NCBI RefSeq assembly: GCF_006345805.1
Contig: NC_043008.1
Location: forward strand, 15,562,001 to 15,626,000
Reading direction: 5' to 3'
DNA: 64,000 bases
Source: Octopus sinensis
Lineage: Eukaryota
A program made the position numbers and the translations under genes. The notes beneath the pieces were generated by a model. The model was not told the DNA's origin. It searched no databases and saw nothing but the letters and a program-made list of their open reading frames with translations. Positions 1 through 11,002 of this stretch are shown here, in pieces; the stretch's first letter is position 1, and the number at the start of each line of letters is the position of its first letter.

Positions 1-409
1 GCCAACAAACTCAAAAATGCAAGCGAAGATTTCTGCTCTCCCCTTTCCACCAGCGTGGGTTAAAATCAGTAAACACTATGCTTTTTTCGGTAAAATCCGA
101 GGCATTATATAGAGAGAGATGAATTATAATTTCAACAATTGAGGGTAAAATTAATTAATTAATCAATTTCACCAAGTATTCAGTATGCAAAGGGACCATT
201 TAAGGCGAATTCAAATATTACATTATATAAAAGGGCTTAGTAAAATAAATTACTTTGCCGCATACTGAACTCATTAGAAGTAGCAGCTAAAAAAACTTTT
301 TTAAAACTATTTCTAATACTTAAAGAAAACCTCTCTCATATAGTGTTTGCTCAATTCAACTCACGAACGTATGGGGTTAGAGACATTAAAAAATCAAATG
401 CAAAGGTTA

Positions 410-466
410 TTTGAGAACGTACGTTTCAAGATTAGTCAAACTCGACAATTCTATCATCAGCTCAGA
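410..466 (-). ncRNA. Type I hammerhead ribozyme motif, array unit 1
   Basis: Minus strand reads TCTGAG-CTGATGA-T-AGAATTGTC-GAGTTT-GACTAATCT-T-GAA-ACGTACGT-T-CTCAAA. Stem I TGAG/CTCA, intact core, bulged stem II, palindromic stem III, GUU triplet. Confidence 0.75.
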
Positions 467-967
467 ACTCCCTGGTTTGGATTTGAAAACACTGAAAGTG
501 GGAGCATACCCTTTCGGCTTCTTATCGCTTCTGAAGATCTGCTCGAAACTAACAGTGCCAACAAACTCAAAAATGCAAGCGAAGAATTTCTGCTCTCCCC
601 TTTCCACCAGCGTGGGTTAAAATCAGTAAACACTATGCTTTTTTCGGTAAAATCCGAGGCATTATATAGAGAGAGATGAATTATAATTTCAACAATTGAG
701 GGTAAAATTAATTAATTAATCAATTTCACCAAGTATTCAGTATGCAAAGGGACCATTTAAGGCGAATTCAAATTATTACATTATATAAAAGGGCTTAGTA
801 AAATAAATTACTTTGCCGCATACTGAACTCATTAGAAATAGCAGCTAAAAAAACTTTTTTAAAACAATTTCTAATACTTAAAGAAAACCTCTCTCATATA
901 GTGTTTGCTCAATTCAACTCACGAACGTATGGGGGTAGAGACATTAAAAAATCAAATGCAAAGGTTA

Positions 968-1024
968 TTTGAGAACGTACGTTTCAAGATTAGTCAAACT
1001 CGACAATTCTATCATCAGCTCAGA
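968..1024 (-). ncRNA. Type I hammerhead motif, array unit 2
   Basis: Identical to 410-466 at +558. Confidence 0.75.
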
Positions 1025-1523
1025 ACTCCCTGGTTTGGATTTGAAAACACTGAAAGTGGGAGCATACCCTTTCGGCTTCTTATCGCTTCTGAAGATCTGC
1101 TCGAAACTAACAGTGCCAACAAACTCAAAAATGCAAGCGAAGAATTTCTGCTCTCCCCTTTCCACCAGCGTGGGTTAAAATCAGTAAACACTATGCTTTT
1201 TTCGGTAAAATCCGAGGCATTATATAGAGAGAGATGAATTATAATTTCAACAATTGAGGGTAAAATTATTAATTAATCAATTTCACCAAGTATTCAGTAT
1301 GCAAAGGGACCATTTAAGGCGAATTCAAATTATTACATTATATAAAAGGGCTTAGTAAAATAAATTACTTTGCCGCATACTGAACTCATTAGAAATAGCA
1401 GCTAAAAAAACTTTTTTAAAACAATTTCTAATACTTAAAGAAAACCTCTCTCATATAGTGTTTGCTCAATTCAACTCACGAACGTATGGGGGTAGAGACA
1501 TTAAAAAATCAAATGCAAGGTTA

Positions 1524-1580
1524 TTTGAGAACGTACGTTTCAAGATTAGTCAAACTCGACAATTCTATCATCAGCTCAGA
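1524..1580 (-). ncRNA. Type I hammerhead motif, array unit 3
   Basis: Same motif; ACGTACGT at 1531-1538. Confidence 0.75.
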
Positions 1581-2079
1581 ACTCTCTGGTTTGGATTTGA
1601 AAACACTGAAAGTGGGAGCATACCCTTTCGGCTTCTTATCGCTTCTGAAGATCTGCTCGTAACTAACGTGCCAACAACTCAAAAATGCAAGCGAAGAATT
1701 TCTGCTCTCCCCTTTCCACCAGCGTGGGTTAAAATCAGTAAACACTATGCTTTTTTCGGTAAAATCCGAGGCATTATATAGAGAGAGATGAATTATAATT
1801 TCAACAATTGAGGGTAAAATTAATTAATTAATCAATTTCACCAAGTATTCAGTATGCAAAGGGACCATTTAAGGCGAATTCAAATTATTACATTATATAA
1901 AAGGTCTTAGTAAAATAAATTACTTTGCCGCATACTGAACTCATTAGAAATAGCAGCTAAAAAAACTTTTTAAAAACTATTTCTAATACTTAAAGAAAAC
2001 CTCTCTCATATAGTGTTTGCTCAATTCAACTCACGAAAGTATGGGGTTAGAGACATTAAAAAATCAAATGCAAAGCTTA

Positions 2080-2136
2080 TTTGAGAACGTATGTTTCAAG
2101 ATTAGTCAAACTCGACATTTCTATCATCAGCTCAGA
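2080..2136 (-). ncRNA. Type I hammerhead motif, array unit 4 (stem III palindrome broken)
   Basis: Core intact, but the + strand reads ACGTATGT instead of ACGTACGT. The motif ends 4 nt before the inversion junction. Confidence 0.6.
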
Positions 2137-2140
2137 ACTC

Positions 2141-2770
2141 AAATGGTCCCTTTGCATACTGAATACTTGGTGAAATTGATTAATTAATTAATTTTACCCT
2201 CAATTGTTGAAATTATAATTCATCTCTCTCTATATAATGCCTCGGATTTTACCGAAAAAAGCATAGTGTTTACTGATTTTAACCCACGCTGGTGGAAAGG
2301 GGAGAGCAGAAATTCTTCGCTTGCATTTTTGAGTTTGTTGGCACTGTTAGTTTCGAGCAGATCTTCAGAAGCGATAAGAAGCCGAAAGGGTATGCTCCCA
2401 CTTTCAGTGTTTTCAAATCCAAACCAGGGAGTTCTGAGCTGATGATAGAAATGTCGAGTTTGACTAATCTTGAAACGTACGTTCTCAAATAACCTTTGCA
2501 TTTGATTTTTTAATGTCTCTACCCCCATACTTTCGTGAGTTGAATTGAGCAAACACTATATGAGAGAGGTTTTCTTTAAGTATTAGAAATAGTTTTAAAA
2601 AAGTTTTTTTAGCTGCTATTTCTAATGAGTTCAGTATGCGGCAAAGTAATTTATTTTACTAAGCCCTTTTATATAATGTAATAATTTGAATTCGCCTTAA
2701 ATGGTCCCTTTGCATACTGAATACTTGGTGAAATTGATTAATTAATTAATTTTACCCTCAATTGTTGAAA
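2141..2770. repeat. Inverted block of the same 558-bp unit (~1.1 units)
   Basis: From 2141 (AAATGGTCCC...) the sequence is the reverse complement of the array. AAATGGTCCC recurs at 2699 (+558). The block ends ...CAATTGTTGAAA and runs into (TA)n. Confidence 0.97.
2433..2489 (+). ncRNA. Type I hammerhead motif in the inverted block
   Basis: TCTGAG-CTGATGA-TAGAAATGTCGAGTTTGACTAATCTT-GAA-ACGTACGT-T-CTCAAA; predicted cleavage after 2483. Confidence 0.72.
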
Positions 2771-2786
2771 TATATATATATATATA

Positions 2787-3049
2787 TATCTATACAATAT
2801 GTTACATTACTCGGTAGTCAAGATAAAACTCTGAGTTTCAGATGCCGAAGTGGAAATCCACAAACCAGATAATAGCCAGATAACCGAAGAGATGGTGTTG
2901 TGGATTTCCACTTCGGCATCTGAAACTCAGAGTTTTATCTTGACTACCGAGTAATGTAACATATTGTATAGATAAATTTCCTCTATTTACATAATATTGA
3001 GGTCTCTTTCTTTCTTTTGTTATCTTACCGTTTTATCAATATATATATA
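2787..3049 (+). mobile_element. (TA)n-flanked PLE pseudo-LTR-like remnant with 77-bp perfect inverted arms
   Basis: 2787-2863 is the exact reverse complement of 2898-2974 (34-bp spacer). It contains an HHR motif and is flanked by TA runs on both sides. Confidence 0.65.
2878..2940 (+). ncRNA. Type I hammerhead-like motif (C4 core variant)
   Basis: AGATAA-CCGAAGA-GATG...GTGGatttCCAC...CATC-T-GAA-ACTCAGAGT-T-TTATCT. Stem I is 6 bp and stem III is near-palindromic. Confidence 0.6.
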
Positions 3050-3099
3050 TATATATATATATAATATAACGTGGTGGTACGTTGCAAACTTAATGTGGC

Positions 3100-3275
3100 A
3101 AGTCCTTACTACTACTTAGCCCTAGGAAGCACCGCTTCCTGTAGGCTTGACACATTTCCTGTGTCCTTATGTTTATTAAGAGGGAGGTAAGCACCTACAC
3201 CCAGCAAAATCAGCACCCAGAGGCTAGTTTTTGAGTCATTGCTGGTCATCGGTCATTAGTCTGGAGTAGCACGCC
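3100..3275 (-). mobile_element. Decayed copy of the HHR-bearing repeat at 41250-41410
   Basis: Reverse complement aligns by eye with 41250-41410 (GACACAGGAAATGTGTCAAG, TTCCTAGGGCTAA, GCTACTCCAGACT). The HHR core has decayed to CTAATGA/AAAA at 3217-3265. Confidence 0.7.
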
Positions 3276-3299
3276 ATATATATTTAATATATATATATA

Positions 3300-3703
3300 G
3301 GCGTAGGAGTGGCTGTGTGGTAAGTAGCTTGTTTACCAACCACATGGTTACGGGTTCAGTCCCACTGCGTGGCACCTTGGGCAAGTGTCTTCTACTATAG
3401 CCTCGGGCCGACCAAGGCCTTGTGATTGGATTTGGTAGACGGAAACTGAAAGAAGCCCGTCGTATATATGTATATATATATATATATGTGTGTGTGTGTT
3501 TGTCCCCCTAGCATTGCTTGACAACCGATGCTGGTGTGTTTACGTCCCCGTCACTTAGCGGTTCGGCAAAAAGAGACCGATAGAATAAGTACTGGGCTTA
3601 CAAAGAATAAGTCCCGGGGTCGAGTTGCTCGATTAAAGGCGGTGCTCCAGCATGGCCGCAGTCAAATGACTGAAACAAGTAAAAAGAGTAAAAAGAGTAA
3701 AGA
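3300..3703 (+). mobile_element. tRNA-derived SINE family A, full length
   Basis: Head GGCGTAGGAGTGGCTGTGTGGTAAG with B-box-like GGTTCAGTCCC, internal (TA)/(TG) tract, (AGTAAAAG)n tail. Many copies in the window. Confidence 0.9.
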
Positions 3704-3772
3704 GTATGTGCATGTGCGTGTGTGTGTGTGTGTTTGTGTATGCATGTATGTATGTATATGTTTGTGTCTCTG

Positions 3773-3921
3773 TGTGGTAAGAAGCTTATTTTCCAACCAC
3801 ATGGTTTCTTGGTTCAGTCCCACTGCGTAGCCCCTTGTGCAAGTGTCTTCTACTATAGCCGCGGGCCGACCAAAAACTTGTGAGTGAATTTGGTTGGCGA
3901 AAACTGAATGAAGTCCGTCGT
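3773..3921 (+). mobile_element. SINE family A, 5' half
   Basis: TGTGTGGTAAGAAGCTT...GAAGTCCGTCGTATA. Confidence 0.85.
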
Positions 3922-4548
3922 ATACATATGTGTATATATAAATATATAGAAATTAGGCTTATAACTATTGTGTATAATAGAAAGAAAGGTCTTGTGAAAA
4001 TGACATAAATGTTGAGGAGATCAAGATCACTGTTTCTTTAACCTTCGCAGTTGTTAGCCTCCGTGTAAAATAGCAATTGCTGTTTTTCAGGGAAATTCTT
4101 GCCCGAAGCTACATAACATCTGTAGCTGAGATTACGAATGAAAAATCTAATATCAATATTGATGTTTGAATGACTCCTGTTCAAATTCTCATTAGAGCCA
4201 TACACAGCATGAAAACTAAAATTTCACCGTACCAACGTATGATGATTTGCTGTTGGGTCGTCGACGTCGTTGTAGTTATTAATATTGCTGTTTACCCAAC
4301 AGTCTGTTATGATTAATTCGTGTTTTAACTGGAAATATTTTATCTATGACGACATTATCAATCTGTCGTTCTTTCAGTTTCATAAAAAGACAGAAGCAAA
4401 ACAGGAAATATGTAAAAAAAAAAAAAAGAAACAAAATGTAAATTCTAAACCGTGAATTTGCATCGATAAAATTGTTAGATCAGCTTGAACAGTGCTGGCA
4501 CGATTAAAAACAGACAACAGTAAACATGTTTTTGTGTGTGTGTTTGCT

Positions 4549-4593
<45 letters not shown>

Positions 4594-4817
4594 GTATGTA
4601 TAGATATGAAAGGTAAAAATTACGATTAACAAAATTTTATATCACATCCTCCTAACGTATGTTTCCGCATTGTGGTTATTTATATATAACACAAATATAC
4701 TGGAAGCAGGTAAGATGAGGAGTATCTATACACAGCTCTAAACTCACAGATAGCATCGTACACACAAACTATGTCATACTATACACACACACACATATAC
4801 ACATGCATGTATGTATA

Positions 4818-4875
<58 letters not shown>

Positions 4876-4879
4876 GATA

Positions 4880-5232
4880 GGCGCAGGAGTGGCTGTGTGG
4901 TAAGTAGCTTTGGGCAAGTGTCTTCTACTATAGCCTTGGGCCGACCAAAGCTTTGTGAGTGGATTTGGTAGACGGAAACTGAAAGAAGCCCGTCGTATAT
5001 GTGTATATATATATATAAATGTATGTGTATGTTTTTGTGTGTCTGTGTTTGTCGCCCTAGCATTGCTTGACAACCGACGCTGGTATGTCTATGTCCACGT
5101 TACTTAGCGGTTCGGCAAAAGAGACCGATAGAATAAGTACTGGGCTTACAAAGAATAAGTCCCGGGGTCGAGTAGCTCGACTAAAGGCGGTGCTCCAGCA
5201 TGGCCGCAGTCAAATGACTGAAACAAGTAAAA
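4880..5232 (+). mobile_element. SINE family A with internal deletion
   Basis: Head jumps from GTAGCTT to TGGGCAAGTG; 3' half intact. Confidence 0.88.
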
Positions 5233-5530
5233 TAATATGAGTGTGTGCGGGCGTATGTGAGTGAATGTGTATGTGAGTATGTAAGGTATGTAAATGTATG
5301 TTTTCCTCTTTCTCCATCTAGGGCGAAGCGTACGATGTGATTTGAAGAAGAACAGGAAAAAATTTCTCAAAATGAATGCTATACAAACCTGGTCCGTGAA
5401 ACAGACTAAGAATAGCTTTGCTTGGATAGGCCGGAATTTTTCTGTTTACTTTACCAAAGTACTCAATACAATTATGCACATTATAAGTATATTTGAGAGA
5501 AAGGGAGAGACAAGGAAACTGAGATAGTAT

Positions 5531-5675
5531 GCGGTAGGAAGTTTCTTTACCAACCACGTGATATCAGGGTCAGTCACACAACATGGCATCTCCCACGAGT
5601 ATCTTCTACTATGATCTCGGGCGGACGAAATCATTGTGAGAGGATTTGATAGACGGAAACCGAAAGATGCCCATC

Positions 5676-5678
<3 letters not shown>
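5531..5678 (+). mobile_element. SINE family A, diverged 5' half
   Basis: GCGGTAGGAAGTTTCTTTACCAACCAC...GACGGAAACCGAAAGATGCCCATCG. Confidence 0.75.
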
Positions 5679-5718
<40 letters not shown>

Positions 5719-5719
<1 letters not shown>

Positions 5720-6115
5720 TAGCAGTATCGCCCGGCGTTGCTCGGGTTTGTAAGGGAAATATCTATATAAGCATTTTCAGAGAGTCATAGCCAAAATTAG
5801 CAAAAAAATGCATTAAAAATGGAAAAAAATGATGGTAAATAATTTTTTAAATCGTTGACTCATCCTAGACATTTTTAGAGAGTTACTTCCCTTATATAAT
5901 AGCGAAAAAATGCATTAAAATGGGAAAAAAATGATGGTAACATTTTTTTTAAATCGTAGACTCATCGTAGACGCGCGCTAATACCCAGAAGGGCTCGATA
6001 TGAATCACGGCTATTAGATACCCGGTTTTGGTTAAACTGCACCGGAAAATGTGGGAGTAGTTAGGAATCTAAATCGAAGGAGACAGACACACAACCTCTC
6101 TTTTATATATAAAGA
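5719..6115 (-). mobile_element. Non-autonomous Helitron-type element
   Basis: On the minus strand: 5' TC, 3' GC-rich hairpin (GCAACGCCGGGCGATACTG) then CTAG, inserted at an A|T site. Shares ends with 31120-31503. Confidence 0.8.
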
Positions 6116-6268
6116 TGTATATATATAATTTACCATTACAAAGAATGAGAAGGGTGCCGTGAGTACCAGCATCGCTAAAAATAGAAGTTGTAGACCTATT
6201 AGCATATGGTCTCTTTGTATTGACAGGGGAGAAAACCCTCCCCACTGTCAGGGAGATGCATTAGACTA

Positions 6269-6311
6269 GCATGCAAATTTCGTATAGGAAATTAATACTC
6301 GTCAGTAATGC
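6269..6311 (-). ncRNA. Minimal type I hammerhead motif
   Basis: GCATTA-CTGACGA-GTAT-taatttcct-ATAC-GAAA-TT-TGCATGC. Canonical core and G10.1-C11.1 pair, stem III reduced to the AAATTT palindrome, stem I with one bulge. Confidence 0.55.
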
Positions 6312-6425
6312 TCACTCCATCACAGCTGGTAGAGGCCAACTCTCTCCGGTCAATATTATAGATCAACGGCATAGGAATCAGTGACTAATTTCACAAAATG
6401 GCAATGGGAAAATTATAAAATTATG

Positions 6426-6604
6426 AAGGTAGCTAGCAGCAATTTAAAACCCACCTCTGTAATACAAAGAGGCCATTTGGTTTTTTATGAGAAGAGGAGT
6501 CTACGACACTTATTTCTAGAAATTCTGGTGTTTCTGTCACCTTTGCCAATCTTAATGACGGTGAATTAATTGCTTGCTGGTTTTAAATTGCTACTAGCTA
6601 CCTT
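6426..6604. repeat. Inverted repeat, 26-bp arms (1 mismatch)
   Basis: 6426-6451 AAGGTAGCTAGCAGCAATTTAAAACC versus 6579-6604. Confidence 0.85.
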
Positions 6605-6609
6605 GATTA

Positions 6610-6659
6610 TATATATAGAGAGAGAGCGGTATATATATACCGCTCTCTCTCTATATATA
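6610..6659. repeat. Perfect 50-bp palindrome
   Basis: TATATATAGAGAGAGAGCGG-TATATATATA-CCGCTCTCTCTCTATATATA. Confidence 0.9.
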
Positions 6660-6661
6660 AA

Positions 6662-6967
6662 TCACATGATCACGTAATCGACCAGGCTATCAGATCTTGC
6701 TACATATCGCTGGTCACAATGCACTCCGCATTGTTTTAGCCTTCAAATGACGCCACCTCCGCATGCTAAGCGAGCAGGCCTACAGAAGAATGAGTGAGAA
6801 AATTGGTAGCGAAAGAGTACAACAGTGACCGCCCCCCCTTTCCGGTCCCTCGTGCTACTTTAGGTGTTTTTGCTCAATAAACTCTCAGAACCCCCGGTCT
6901 GGGAATCGAAACCGCGATCCTACGACCGCGAGTCCGCTGCCCTAACCACTGGGCCATTGCGCCTCCA
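6662..6967 (-). mobile_element. tRNA-derived SINE family B
   Basis: Minus head GGAGGCGCAATGGCCCAGTGGTTAGGGCAGCGGACTCGCGGTC...GGTTTCGATTCCC (A and B boxes). Confidence 0.88.
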
Positions 6968-7097
6968 CCTATATATATAAATATACACCAAAATATATCC
7001 ATGTGTGGGTGTGCGGGTCTTTGTGTCTGTGTTTGTTCCCCCAACACGGCTTGGCGACCATTCTTAGTTTGATTACGTCTCCGTAACTTAGCAGACT

Positions 7098-7136
<39 letters not shown>

Positions 7137-7486
7137 ACACACACACATGTACATACTCCTGTATCTATATATAGATAAAGAGTGGCCACGCACACACTCA
7201 GATATATATACAAAGATAAGTACGTATATATAAAACATAATTTTCTGCATATACTTATATTCATATATAGACACCCACGCATATTCTATAGTTTTCTTTT
7301 TTTAACTAATGCAGTTTCTGTGAATCGAATGAAAAAGGAAAATATACATACATATATATTTATATGTTTGCGTATGTGTGAGTGTGTTACTATGCGTGTA
7401 GGTTTGAATATATCTGTATGTAATCATATCTATAAGTATATAAACACACATACACATATAAGTATATAAGTACACGTGTGTATCAC

Positions 7487-7517
<31 letters not shown>

Positions 7518-7553
7518 ATAAATATGTATATATATATTTATACACTAACACAT

Positions 7554-7585
<32 letters not shown>

Positions 7586-7924
7586 ATATATATATACATA
7601 TATCTATATATATATATTTACATATATATAATATATATATGTACATGTATTAGATGTGTGTTTATATGTTTATATATATATATATGTAAGTATATATATA
7701 TGTATATAATTATATGTATATATATATACATATATATATGTATATATACATACATATGTATATATATATATACATACATATATATGTATATATACATACA
7801 TATATATATATATATATATAAATACATATACATATATACACATAGGTACATGCAGACATATAAGCACACATATGAAATATGTTTTGTGTCTTTGGCGGAT
7901 GGTTTGTTGGTGCATAGAACTATT

Positions 7925-8001
<77 letters not shown>

Positions 8002-8519
8002 CCATACGAATATATTTATGCAATTAACCAAGTATTTATGCGTTCGCTCTTTGTACATATGCAAAAACTGACCCTCTTTGAAAGTGAAAAATGAAATATC
8101 ACAAATTCATAACCAAATTGCAATGCATTAATTACGCATACAAACACACGCATATGCTTACATACATACACACACAAACATTCACAAACACGCACTTTTA
8201 AATACGTGTATGCATATATATATATATATATGTATATACATTAACACATACAAATACTGTTGTCCTTTCATATGCACATATGTTTATGCATAAGTGTGTG
8301 TATATGTATACACACATAAATACATATACATATATATAATTAAATCTATATTTACATTCCCCTCTCTCTCTATATATATATGCATGTATATATATGTATA
8401 TTTACGTATATATATATGTATATCTATGTGTAATTATATATACATGTCTTTATGTAGGTATATATATATATATGTATATATATATTTGTCTATATGTATT
8501 TATATATACTTGTATGTAC

Positions 8520-8560
<41 letters not shown>

Positions 8561-9384
8561 CATATATGTATATATGTATGTATATATGTACATATATATA
8601 CCTATATATACACACACGCACATACACACACACTCACACATGTATATTACATACTTATACACAGAAACACAGATCAACGCGTTTTTTTTTTCCACTCTTG
8701 TCTACAAGTGAGTCGATGAGTTGATGATTACTTTATATGAGCAAAACACACACACATACACACACACACACATAAAATACTAAAGGAAATAAGAAACAAA
8801 AAAAACAGGAAACAAAATAATGCAAAAAAAAATGTTCATTTAAAACAATGGCAAAATAAAATAATGTAAACGAAACATAAATCATAACCGCTATCTAAAA
8901 TATATAATTAGTTCTAGTCTGATATTAATGCCTATGGTCGACCAGTTTTTGGCTGATAAAAGGGTTTATACAATTATTGTTCTGCAAGTCAGTGAAGCAA
9001 ATGTGTCAGTGAAAACAAGAAACTAATTTAACAGTGGTTAGTTCAATATCAGCATTAAAAAGAAGGAAAAAAAAAGTAAATAATAAAATAATGCGGTGTT
9101 GCTCAGCAAACAGAGCCGTTGATTCTGTTACCCTCTGTTAATCAATTTTCTTACACTAGTCTCTGGGGTGCGTGTTGGTATAATAATTATACCCAAGTCG
9201 CATTTAGGTGGAATTGGTGGGATACCGAGAAGAATTTGGTCAGTCTTGTCTTCGGATAAGGATTTTTCCCTGATTATGAATTTGCCAAAATCTAAGTAAA
9301 TGGTTTTAGTTTCAAGAACTCGAAGTAATTGATTGTGCTAAATCACAAAGACATACACATATATACCTAATGCGCACGCACACG

Positions 9385-9463
<79 letters not shown>

Positions 9464-9495
9464 ATATCTATCTATATATATATACATATATATAT

Positions 9496-9896
9496 CTTAT
9501 TTCTTTATTGTCCACAAGGGGTTAAACATAGAGGGGGCAAACAAGGACAGACAAAGGTATTAAGTCGATTACATCGACCCCAGTGCGCAACTGGTACTTA
9601 ATTTATCGACCTTGAAAGGATGAAAGGCAAAGTCGCACTCGGCAGAATTTCAACCCAGAACGTAACGCCAGACGAAATATCTATTTCTTTACTACCCACA
9701 AGGGGCCAAACACAGAGCGGACGATCAAGGACAGACAAAGGGATTAAGTCGATTACTCGACCCCAGTGCGTAACTGCTACTTAATTTATCGATCCCGAAA
9801 GGATGAAAGGCAAAGTCGACTTCGGCGGAATTTGAAATCAGAACGTAACGGCAGACGAATTTCGCCCGGCGTGCTAATGTTTCTGCCAGCTCACCG

Positions 9897-9898
<2 letters not shown>
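9496..9898 (-). mobile_element. SINE family D with a duplicated body
   Basis: Minus head GGCGGTGAGCTGGCAGAAAC and two copies of the GTCGACTTTGCCTTTCATCCTTTC body. Confidence 0.88.
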
Positions 9899-10066
<168 letters not shown>

Positions 10067-10548
10067 TATTGTCCATGTGTGTGTGTATGTGGTGTGCCTG
10101 CGTATGTTTGTCTGTGCATGAGTACTCAAAACGCAGCTAATATTAACGCAGAAAACTCGATACGGCTTTACTGGTTTCAGTCATTTGAACACAGACATGG
10201 TGAGATACTGCTTGGCGATTTACGCCGATATATGATACACTTGTGGACCACACTCATAAAACCCGGTTCGATCTCACAGATTAGCAACTTGAGGAATGAT
10301 TTATGAGAAAAGAAAACAACAAAACAAGCAAAAAAAAAGAAACATCAGCTTATATACACCAAAAAAATATATAAGATCCAACACGAATTTCAAGGCTTAA
10401 TAATTCTTATACACGATGTATAATCAGCTACAAACAAACAGAAATATTTACAGCTCTGCCATGTGTAAATGCATCAGTTTTCGTTAAAACCATAAAGTTA
10501 GCTATGTGCTGATTGAATTTTAAGTTTCTGTAGATGGAAATATCGATC

Positions 10549-11002
10549 AATAACAGTATAGCCCGGCGTTGCTCTGGTTTGTTTTTAGTTGCGCTTAAAA
10601 CAGCAGACTTTGATGTCGCGTTAACAAAGTTTTGACATAGTTTCAATCGGTATGAAAAGTAAAAAATTTGCATTATGTAGCTTCTTATTTTCTTTAAGTG
10701 TACATTTTTCTGGTTGAAATACACTGAAAAACGGCGACACGGCAGTCAAAGAATCGTTAAAAATAGGGATTTTCATAGAAAAAAACCCCACCTTTTCGAT
10801 GTAAATAACTTTTGCTCTTAACATGGTCCGATTTGAATTGTTTCTTCTACGGAATGAAGAGTAAGCCTACTTCTATCATACTCTCAATTTTGGTCAACTT
10901 GCACCGCAGGGTCTCGGAGGAGATATTGTTAGTTGAAGGCTACCAAATCTGCGACACACACACACACACACAAACAGACAACTTCAGTTTTATATGTATA
11001 GA
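10549..11002 (-). mobile_element. Non-autonomous Helitron-type element, diverged 3' end
   Basis: CAGTATAGCCCGGCGTTGCTC end motif as at 5719; 5' end TCTATACATATAAAACTGAAG on the minus strand. Confidence 0.7.

Larger units (their letters stand above)
1..2140. repeat. Tandem array of a ~558-bp unit (~3.8 units visible, continues off the left edge)
   Basis: The landmark TTGCTCAATTCAACTCACG recurs at 347, 905, 1462 and 2017 (periods 558, 557, 555). Units differ by only a few substitutions and indels. Confidence 0.97.

Noticed and set aside
347-679. 110-aa ORF repeated in each 558-bp unit (also 905, 1458, 2220) and its overlapping ORFs
   Set aside because: It recurs only because units are near-identical. 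It starts at TTG, is frameshifted in unit 3 and broken in the solo copy, and has no recognisable domain.
1-2140. Possible CRISPR-like or other spacer array
   Set aside because: Whole units repeat; there are no unique spacers and the context is eukaryotic.
3300-3375. tRNA-like A/B-box segments at SINE heads
   Set aside because: No complete cloverleaf; they continue into multi-copy SINE bodies, so they are not tRNA genes.
7478-8724. Long YI/CV/HT-rich ORFs (and similar ones throughout the track)
   Set aside because: Translations of (TA)n, (TG)n and (TACA)n microsatellites, which lack stops in some frames.
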